A stretch of DNA of 64,000 nucleotides, from positions 16,158 to 80,157 of the IMG/VR virus record IMGVR_UViG_3300031566_005149; one strand, 5' to 3'. This document shows positions 49,801 through 57,204 of this stretch, one piece after another. This stretch comes from a virus. The notes below the pieces were generated by a model. The model did not search any database. It was not told where the DNA came from and worked only from the letters and a program-made list of their open reading frames with translations. A program made the translations under genes and the position numbers. Numbering within the stretch: position 1 is the stretch's first letter; every line of letters starts with the position of its first letter.

Positions 49801-50547
49801 ATGAGAAAAAATATAATGATCGCCATGTCGTTATTGATGTTAATTGCCGTTGGCTGTTCTACAATACCAACCGTTGCACCACCAGTAGAAAACAAAGTCA
49901 CCATCGAAGTTATAACAAAAGATGGAGAACCCGTAGCTGTTGTTGCTAAGGATGGTGATAAAGTTATTCGGAGCATGGTAGTTAGAAAGCTGGGATTCGA
50001 ATTATCTCAGTTGTCTGCTATCTATGGTAAGAAACTATACATCAAAATATTCTCCGGTTTGTCAGTTTCTGATGTCACCAGAGCTTGGAATGATATGATA
50101 GTTGCAATTGAAGAACATGGATTTGGGGGAGGAAGTGAAGTTCATCTATTTATCGATTCTCCTGGTGGTGATGCTTTCAGTGGATTGGCTCTAGCTGATT
50201 TAATTGAAGTCTATAAAAAACATGGAATCAAATTTGTAGCTCATGGAACTGGTATAATTGCCAGTGCTGCTGTTCCTATATTTGCTGTATGCAACGAAAC
50301 TCATGCAACCAAAGCAACAATCTTTATGGTGCATGAGGCGGCTTTGTGGAAGTGGCCAGGAAGAGAAACAGCTTCTGATATTCTATCTCAGGGAAAACTT
50401 ATGAAATTATTACAGGGATTATACCTACAGAAGTTGGTCGATAACTCCAATCTTACTATGGATGAATGGAAACTGATGGAAGCAAAGACTTCCTGGTTCA
50501 GTGTTGATAGAGCCGTGGAATTGGGAATATTGGATTTTATCGATTGA
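49801..50547 (+). CDS. ClpP-like serine protease with lipoprotein signal peptide
   Basis: LFIDSPGG, GIIASAA (Ser), FMVHE (His), WFS...AVELGILD; lipobox LIAVGC. Confidence 0.85.
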   Translation: MRKNIMIAMSLLMLIAVGCSTIPTVAPPVENKVTIEVITKDGEPVAVVAKDGDKVIRSMVVRKLGFELSQLSAIYGKKLYIKIFSGLSVSDVTRAWNDMIVAIEEHGFGGGSEVHLFIDSPGGDAFSGLALADLIEVYKKHGIKFVAHGTGIIASAAVPIFAVCNETHATKATIFMVHEAALWKWPGRETASDILSQGKLMKLLQGLYLQKLVDNSNLTMDEWKLMEAKTSWFSVDRAVELGILDFID

Positions 50548-50788
50548 TGAATAATCTTATGGGTATTGTATTCTTGCAATACCCATAAGCGAACTCATAA
50601 ATTTTAAAGGAGAATAATCTGTGAAGGTATTAACGAAAGGGGGAAATAAACATGGGGAAGCTAATTAGTTTATTATCATACAAACTTGAAAAACTGAAAA
50701 AATTACATGGTTATGTAGATATTGATATGTTGACAGAAAACGAAAAAAAACAATTAGGAAAACCATTAGAGATTACAGATGTGAGATT

Positions 50789-51188
50789 CATTGAGAAATG
50801 AAATTTGAATGTGGTAATAAAAAAAGGAAAATAATATACGAAGATATTACAGAAAATATTCTATTACGGCTTTCCCATGGTTTTTACAGCAGACAAATGA
50901 TAATTATATAAAAAAGGATATTAAAATGAAAAAACGTATATCAAAAAATTTATTGTGTAAAGCTTTTGGGCATCAACCACCTGTATATGCTAAAGGGGGG
51001 TGGTTTTCACCAGGACAGGAATATGCCTGTTCTGTTGGTTCTTTTACAATTGATGGAATTAATAGAGTACATGCTATAGTTACGTCTGAATGCCCAAGAT
51101 GCAAAGAGATATTTAAACTTTGTAGAATACATTTACCGGAGGAGACAACATTGAGAAATGAAATTTGAATGTGGTAATAAAAAAAGGA
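50789..51188 (+). repeat. 40 bp direct repeats (50789-50828 and 51149-51188) flanking ORF 50926-51168
   Basis: CATTGAGAAATGAAATTTGAATGTGGTAATAAAAAAAGGA identical in both copies. Confidence 0.9.
50926..51168 (+). CDS. Small zinc-binding protein (LLCKAFGH...CPRC)
   Basis: DUF1660-like C..FGH / C.RC pattern. Confidence 0.65.
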   Translation: MKKRISKNLLCKAFGHQPPVYAKGGWFSPGQEYACSVGSFTIDGINRVHAIVTSECPRCKEIFKLCRIHLPEETTLRNEI

Positions 51189-51195
51189 GGATTAG

Positions 51196-51723
51196 ATGTG
51201 GTCTAATAAACCCCCCAAAGAAAATGGATATTATTGGCTATATGAAAGACACTCTATAGACGGTGAAATAAAAAACGTATATAAATCAATAATTTTCCTT
51301 TACATCGACACTAATGAAGATGGCTCTAAATATATAACCGTTGATGAAGCTGGTTGTGATGAAATTCCATATAAAGATCCTATGGTCACTGAGACAATCA
51401 CTCAACGAGAACCCATCTTCGGATTTGACAGTCAAGAAACGGCATATAAAAAAACCAAAGACCTATGTGAGAGAAAATATGAATATTGGTTAAAGCGTAT
51501 CATAACACCATCATTTGAAGGTGATAATATGGAACCATATGAAGAATTACACCAAGAAGGTATGCTATCAATTGAAATGGACTTACCCAAAGGTCAGCAT
51601 ATTGGTGACGTTGGAATTCAAGTCGCGAGAGATGGTAGAATCTGGTTATGCTACAATGGACAAGCTTTCATCAGATTCAAACCTCTAAGTAATAAAATAT
51701 TAAAAATATTAAAAAAGGAGTAA
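51196..51723 (+). CDS. Hypothetical protein (possible fusion of two small genes)
   Basis: SD AGGAGG; internal GAAGGTG SD before MEPYEE. Confidence 0.65.
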   Translation: MWSNKPPKENGYYWLYERHSIDGEIKNVYKSIIFLYIDTNEDGSKYITVDEAGCDEIPYKDPMVTETITQREPIFGFDSQETAYKKTKDLCERKYEYWLKRIITPSFEGDNMEPYEELHQEGMLSIEMDLPKGQHIGDVGIQVARDGRIWLCYNGQAFIRFKPLSNKILKILKKE

Positions 51724-51726
51724 TTG

Positions 51727-52290
51727 ATGAAAGAGTTGCCACCAAAGTTTGACATGTTGGGTCAATTCAAAATTAAAAAAGATGATACAATATTCGACGC
51801 GTCCTGCACTCCAGCTGTAATCATGTTCAACCCAAAATATCCTCATAATGTTGGTGCAGCTGTCAGAGCATGTTCATGCTTTGGAGTTAACCATTTAGTA
51901 TTTACCGGTGATAGATTATTGGATGAGTTGGGTGAGCAAAGTAAGAAAGGATATCGTCTACCAAGAGAAGAAAGGATGAAAGGTTATAAAGACGTTAATA
52001 TCTATAACGATCAATATCCTTTTAATAGATTCTCTAAAGATGTAACTCCTGTTGCTGTTGAAGTTCGAAATAACTCACAGCCCCTGCCAAATTTTCGTCA
52101 TCCAAGAAATCCAGTATATGTATTTGGTCCAGAAGACGGATCTTTACCTCAGATATATTTGAAGCATTGCCATATGTTTGTAATTATACCGTCAAAGCAT
52201 TGCTTGAATTTAGCTGCCGCTGTAAATATTGTATTATATGATAGAGTTGCAAAATCAAATTACACTTCTAGTGATTATATGAAAATTTAA
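51727..52290 (+). CDS. SpoU/TrmH-family RNA 2'-O-methyltransferase
   Basis: NPKYPHNVGAAVR, YVFGPEDGSL, IIPS..CLNLAAAVNIVLYDR. Confidence 0.92.
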   Translation: MKELPPKFDMLGQFKIKKDDTIFDASCTPAVIMFNPKYPHNVGAAVRACSCFGVNHLVFTGDRLLDELGEQSKKGYRLPREERMKGYKDVNIYNDQYPFNRFSKDVTPVAVEVRNNSQPLPNFRHPRNPVYVFGPEDGSLPQIYLKHCHMFVIIPSKHCLNLAAAVNIVLYDRVAKSNYTSSDYMKI

Positions 52291-52300
52291 AGGACGAATC

Positions 52301-52725
52301 ATGAAAATCGACGAATGGTGTGAAACCCAAGATGTTGTGTGGGAAGATAAGATACATAGATGTTCCTCTTGTGGTAGGAGGCTTAAACCAATGGAACCAA
52401 ACAACATTAGAATTCAATGGAAGCTACCACCACACAAAAAGAAGGGATATAAAATAAAACGAAAAAAAGGACATAATAAAAAATTGAAAGAGAGAAATTT
52501 CTAATGGAGAAAAGATTATTTGATGATAAATATCAACGGTTTGAACCAGCGGCTATGGAACTTGGTAGAGAGATAGACGCTGCATTAAAACCGATTTTTG
52601 ATAAATGGGGAGATGCGGGATATTCCTTCAGGGATATATCTCATTTGGTGACACTCGCATCAACTGCTTTAGAATGTGAAAATGTAATAACAATGGCATG
52701 TAAAAAAAGAAAAGAAGAATTATAA
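52301..52725 (+). CDS. Two small hypothetical ORFs (52301-52504, 52504-52725)
   Basis: Overlapping TAATG coupling. Confidence 0.65.
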
Positions 52726-52770
52726 TGTGGATAGATGTGAAATCGCTTTCGGGTAGCGTGGAGTTTATAT

Positions 52771-52865
52771 TCCCGCTCAAAAGGTGGAGACCGTGAAGCG
52801 TCCGGAACATTGAACATTGAACCGTTGGTCCCGTTTAGGAACAAGGACCGCAACCTTGGGCGGGG
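52771..52865 (+). ncRNA. Candidate structured RNA
   Basis: GC-rich island; CCCGCTC..AAGGT pairs with ACCTT-GGGCGGG; inner GGTCC/GGACC. Confidence 0.45.
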
Positions 52866-52896
52866 CTGACGTTCCCTTTAAAAAAAGGAAAATAAA

Positions 52897-53325
52897 ATGG
52901 TTGTAACATTTTGTGAAAAATGCAAAAGTACTGTGGGATTACCTCACCGGGCTTGCCCAAATGAAGATATCGGTGAGGAACCATATTTAACAAAACTAAT
53001 AGAAAAGAAAACATACAATCCTAATTACGGAGATGATAGGATGTGTGTATGCAATCACCCATACGAACGTCACTTTGATTCTTATGAAGATATGATGCCA
53101 ATTGGATGTAAATACTGTGAGTGTTATGTTTTTGTAGAAATAAGTGAACCGAAAAACATCGAATCCATTATAAGTGACATACTACAAGAGGATGATTACG
53201 ACCCAGGTTTGTTAACAGTAATGAGCGGAGAAAACGAGGAGTGGTGGAAAAACTACGTACGAGCACAAACAAACTCTTGTAATCGATATTGGAGAACCAT
53301 CGTAGAAAATCATAGAGAAGAATAA
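52897..53325 (+). CDS. Cys-rich hypothetical protein
   Basis: YNPNYGDDRMCVCNHPYERHFDSY...GCKYCEC. Confidence 0.75.
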   Translation: MVVTFCEKCKSTVGLPHRACPNEDIGEEPYLTKLIEKKTYNPNYGDDRMCVCNHPYERHFDSYEDMMPIGCKYCECYVFVEISEPKNIESIISDILQEDDYDPGLLTVMSGENEEWWKNYVRAQTNSCNRYWRTIVENHREE

Positions 53326-53328
53326 ATT

Positions 53329-53348
53329 CTATATATATTAATATGTGA
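53329..53348 (+). promoter_or_regulatory. Putative early promoter
   Basis: CTATATATATTAATATGTGA. Confidence 0.65.
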
Positions 53349-53385
53349 TAGGAACAAATTATTTAACGTTATAAAAAGGAGATAT

Positions 53386-53814
53386 ATGACTATGGACAAA
53401 GAAAAATTTACTTCAATGACTGTTTATGGTGGCCTTTTCCAGGATGACCGAAATCTTTTACAAAAATGTTTTGATAAGGAAACCGGTGAGTGTGATCATG
53501 AAAAATTTTCTGAATACTGTCTGATAAATCTACAGAAGCAAACATCATCCAGAATCATGGGATTAAACAAAGTGATTTCCGAAGCCATCCGTGAGTTTGA
53601 ATTTCTTGGCCAGTGGACCACTCTCAGTCAAATTTTTAGATCCCTTCCAGAATCAATCAAAAACGCTAGTCGGTATGAAACTATGAATTTGAAAATGGAT
53701 GAGTACGCCGATGAGATGAACACCTTTATCGACATGGGATCCGTTGGAAGAAAGAGAGCCCTCGAACTCTACAAACGGGAAACGAACAATGAAGAAGGTA
53801 AAGGAGGTATTTGA
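53386..53814 (+). CDS. Hypothetical protein
   Basis: SD AAGGAG; first ORF after early motif. Confidence 0.75.
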   Translation: MTMDKEKFTSMTVYGGLFQDDRNLLQKCFDKETGECDHEKFSEYCLINLQKQTSSRIMGLNKVISEAIREFEFLGQWTTLSQIFRSLPESIKNASRYETMNLKMDEYADEMNTFIDMGSVGRKRALELYKRETNNEEGKGGI

Positions 53815-53816
53815 AC

Positions 53817-53903
53817 GTGAATAAATTTACTGAAAAATTATTGTTTGTTGGACTGGTAATTGTTGGTGTTGCATTAACCCTTCAAATAAATGGAGTATTT
53901 TAA
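53817..53903 (+). CDS. 28 aa hydrophobic peptide
   Basis: SD AAGGAGGT, GTG start. Confidence 0.55.
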   Translation: MNKFTEKLLFVGLVIVGVALTLQINGVF

Positions 53904-53908
53904 AGGTT

Positions 53909-54007
53909 AGAACGGAATGACCCCCCCCCATGCGGGGTTGTGGGGAGTGGTCAGATACATGACCACTCCTCATGTAGACCTCTCTATAGTGGGGTCATTC
54001 CGATTCT
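53909..54007 (+). ncRNA. Candidate four-way-junction RNA
   Basis: 12 bp perfect closing stem CGGAATGACCCC/GGGGTCATTCCG plus three internal hairpins. Confidence 0.6.
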
Positions 54008-54025
54008 TTTTTAAAGGAAAAAAAT

Positions 54026-55356
54026 ATGGTTAGTTTTAGTGAAGAAGCAAGATCTAAAAAATTTAAAGAAAAACCAGGATATAAAGATCAAGTCCTATAT
54101 GCATTTTGGGATTATGACATATGTCCATATATTTTAGGTGGGATTATTACAGAGTTTACAGATAGTGGAAACATAAGAGCCAAAGGGTATGATGGAATGA
54201 TCTTTAAACCAATAGCAATTCTTCCAGGAGAAGCAGGATCCAGGGCATTGTCTAAAATAAAAATTCTCAGTGCAAAACTTCGAACAGCCGAAGACACAAA
54301 TAGAACCTTGTTTGCAGATGCAGCAAGGAAAGCGATAAACCTTCCACCAGAATACAAGGAGAAAACCGAATCTGCTCAGAGAATAGCAGAATATCTTTCA
54401 TTGGATGTTAAAAAACTTATAGGGGGGAGTAATGTCTAAACATGCAAAGAAGATACAAGATTATTTAGAGTCTGGTGGTTGTCGGTGTATCAATCCAAAA
54501 TGCCGGTCTTACAATATAGAATCTATGATGGAGAATATTAATGATGGGGGTGCCCATCAGAACATTAGTTGCAGTGATTGTGAATCAACATGGACCGACT
54601 TATATACATTGACGGATGTTTTTAATGTTAAAATCACGGGAAAGGAAATTACCGATGGAGAAATATCCGTGGAGAGTTGAACATATCTCAATGACAGACA
54701 AGTTTTACAATAACTTAAAAAGACACATGAACATGCGACACACGCTCGGTGATATTACAGGTTCAGAAGCCGATATTTTAATTCTGCATATCATCCATGC
54801 AATTGATAATGATGATGCTTCCTTTGGTCTATATTTAAGAACACTGGGTGAGGCTGAAGAATATACAAAGGAAAAATTGAAATGAGACAAATACAGGTTA
54901 GCATGGAACCACATATTAGTTCTATCGGAGATGAAGTTGATCTTCATGAATTGAAGATAGATATTATTGGTGGAGATGGAATGGTAGAGGATGCAACCTT
55001 ATTCTATACGACAGAAGAACTCACACAAATACGAGATACAATAAATGTATTTCTGAACCTTTGGGGGTAATATGTTTAGCTATCAAAGAGCTGAAGAATT
55101 TAGACACCTAGAAGAAATTAACATATACTATACATTCTATAAACCAACAGCAAAAAAATGGGGTTATAAAGGTTTTAAGTATGATACATATATTCTAGTG
55201 GAAGATGGAACAATGCAAAAAATGAAACTAGAAAAACAGCAAGTTGTATGGTGTCCAAACGAAAATGATTTCACACAGCTATTGAAGCACTGGAGTCGCC
55301 ATAAAGAATCGAAATACAAACCGACACCCGAACCACCAGATTTTTATGACATATAA
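54026..55356 (+). CDS. Run of small hypothetical ORFs (54026-54439, 54432-54680, about 54655-54885, 54882-55070, 55072-55356)
   Basis: Tightly packed with overlapping start/stop codons. Confidence 0.65.
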
Positions 55357-55370
55357 TTTTTTCATTTACG

Positions 55371-55386
55371 AGAACAAAAGTAAAAT
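55371..55386 (+). promoter_or_regulatory. Putative late promoter heading the amber operon (AGAACAAAAGTAAAAT)
   Basis: Close variant of the late motif, 20 nt before the leader ATG. Confidence 0.55.
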
Positions 55387-55405
55387 TCACTTAAGGAGCA
55401 GAATC

Positions 55406-55489
55406 ATGAAATATTTCAAACCTCGCCCTATCTAGATTACCTCTTGGATCTCATCCAGGGGTCCTCCCATTCACTATAATAAACCATAA
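55406..55489 (+). CDS. Leader peptide MKYFKPRPI(TAG)ITSWISSRGPPIHYNKP with in-frame amber and RGPP motif
   Basis: SD TAAGGAG at 55392-55398; TAG 55433-55435; RGPP 55457-55468; TAA 55487-55489. Confidence 0.75.
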
Positions 55490-55544
55490 TGAGATCAATA
55501 CGCAAAAATAAACCACTTTAATGAATCAAACGGAGGAAACAAAC

Positions 55545-55943
55545 ATGACTGAAATAACTTACACTAAAGATCAACGAAAAGTATTTAAGGAACTGAAGAT
55601 GAAGATTAAGGCTGAACTAAACAATTTGGTGATGAGCATTCGCCTCGGTAAGCCTTTGAGAAAACCGTGTGTGTACAATATATCCATTGAAGAACACAAA
55701 ATAATGTTTGGGGGTTTAGACCACAATCGGGTTACATATAGACATGCACATATTGCATATTGCATGTTCTTCAACCGTACGCCATATGCAATGATCGAGC
55801 ATCCAAGAAAAAATAACAAACCATCGTCCTACATGATCGAAGACTATCAAAAGAATTGGGAAAATCAATTAAATGATGCTATTAGTATGATAGCGGCAGT
55901 GGAAAGTGAAGAAGATGAAGAAGCGATTGTGGAGGCTGCATAA
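55545..55943 (+). CDS. Conserved phage hypothetical protein (RHAHIAYC...RTPY.MIE motif)
   Basis: SD GGAGG; alternative in-frame start at 55521. Confidence 0.8.
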   Translation: MTEITYTKDQRKVFKELKMKIKAELNNLVMSIRLGKPLRKPCVYNISIEEHKIMFGGLDHNRVTYRHAHIAYCMFFNRTPYAMIEHPRKNNKPSSYMIEDYQKNWENQLNDAISMIAAVESEEDEEAIVEAA

Positions 55944-55944
55944 C

Positions 55945-56256
55945 ATGAACCCAAAACCAACGTAGGACAAACTATTCGTAATCATACGAAAAGATCTATC
56001 CCACTCTCAGAGAGCTGTTCAAGCTGGCCATGTGTTAGCAGAGTATATGATACACAGCTCTCTGGAAGGCTGGCAAAATACAACCCTTGTATATCTAGGA
56101 GTTAAGGGGTTGAAACAATTGGAAAATCTAAAATTCAAATTGGAATGTGAAGGTATCCAGTTCGTCGAGTTTAAGGAACCTGATATAGGCTACGAAACGA
56201 CAGCTATAGCCAGTGATGTTGATTGCGAGATCTTTTCTAAAATGAATCTCATATAA
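55945..56256 (+). CDS. Pth2-like peptidyl-tRNA hydrolase interrupted by in-frame TAG at codon 7
   Basis: SD GGAGG, ATG 55945, TAG 55963-55965, then KLFVIIRKDL...AVQAGH, EF.EPDIG.ETTAIA; the ORF track shows only the part from 56032. Confidence 0.85.
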
Positions 56257-56264
56257 AATGGTGT

Positions 56265-56339
56265 GGGCCAGTAGCTCAGTGGTAGAGCGGGAGACTCTAA
56301 ATCTCTTGGTCGAGAGTTCAAAACTCTCTTGGCCCGCCA
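56265..56339 (+). tRNA. Amber suppressor tRNA (anticodon CUA), CCA encoded
   Basis: GGGCCAG/TTGGCCC; GCTC-AGTGGTA-GAGC; GGAGA-CTCTAAA-TCTCT; GAGAG-TTCAAAA-CTCTC; G73-CCA; followed by T-run. Confidence 0.93.
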
Positions 56340-56367
56340 TTTTTTTGACTAAAAGGTACAGTAATAT

Positions 56368-56387
56368 CTATATATATTAATAAATGA
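56368..56387 (+). promoter_or_regulatory. Putative early promoter
   Basis: CTATATATATTAATAAATGA. Confidence 0.7.
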
Positions 56388-56422
56388 CAGACGGATATCA
56401 ACCTTTTAAAAAGGAGATCGTC

Positions 56423-56512
56423 ATGGAATATCTCAAAGACTGGAAAATATGGTTGTTGTGTATCGTGGTAGTCCTAATCATCAAATTTCCGATAGTGGAC
56501 TTCATCAAATAA
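56423..56512 (+). CDS. 29 aa hydrophobic peptide MEYLKDWKIWLLCIVVVLIIKFPIVDFIK
   Basis: SD AAGGAG; first ORF after early motif. Confidence 0.65.
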   Translation: MEYLKDWKIWLLCIVVVLIIKFPIVDFIK

Positions 56513-56560
56513 ATCGAAGGGGAGTGTGTAATTCCTCCCCATAGCTTTTTTAAAAAGGAG

Positions 56561-57041
56561 ATGGAGATGGGTGAGAAACAAGAAATAGCAAATGAAATAA
56601 AAAAATTGGTGGCAATGGTTAATGCATATGTCAATGAATTTAACCCGACTATTTTCGATATGGGTGATATCAGACAAATGCTTACCGATGATGTTCATGA
56701 GGATTCTCTCGGAGAGTTTATCTATTCATTAGAAGCAATATGGAGAGGAAGGTGATGAGATGAAAAAATTAATTATAGCAATCGGTATATTAATTGTATG
56801 TGGCCTGGAAAATATCGGACATTACTTCGGATTTTGTTTTCACGGCTGGACAGCAACTATCCTCGGAAGCTTGGGCGTATTTGGAATTGGATTGTACTCC
56901 AACAGTGCGATTGTGTGGCTCAACATGAAAAGAAAAGGTGATCACTCACATAAATGCGATCACGAACAGAACCATGTAGAGGAAACCATCACACCTGACG
57001 CTTACTGCAAAAATCATCTTGGGGGGAAAGTCGTCAAATGA
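56561..57041 (+). CDS. Two small ORFs (56561-56755; membrane protein 56760-57041)
   Basis: SD-led ORFs. Confidence 0.65.
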
Positions 57042-57204
57042 AAATTATAAAGGTAATGAGTTGTGGGGGTGTCCATGCAAGAGATATGATAATGGCGGTG
57101 GATATATCGAACCATTTAATATATGTGATAAATTCAATATTGAAATATTCAATCTCAAAAAAATTCATAAAGATTGCAGACTTGACGATGCAAAGGAGGA
57201 CTAG
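57038..57204 (+). pseudogene. Small Cys-containing gene apparently frameshifted at a G5 run (57065-57069)
   Basis: MKIIKVMSCG continues as GCPCKRYD...CRLDD if one G is added. Confidence 0.45.

Noticed and set aside
56265-56339. tRNA-Pyl
   Set aside because: It shares the CUCUAAA loop and G73 but has a canonical D-loop, 5 bp anticodon stem, 5 nt variable loop and TTC T-loop; no pyl genes seen in the window.
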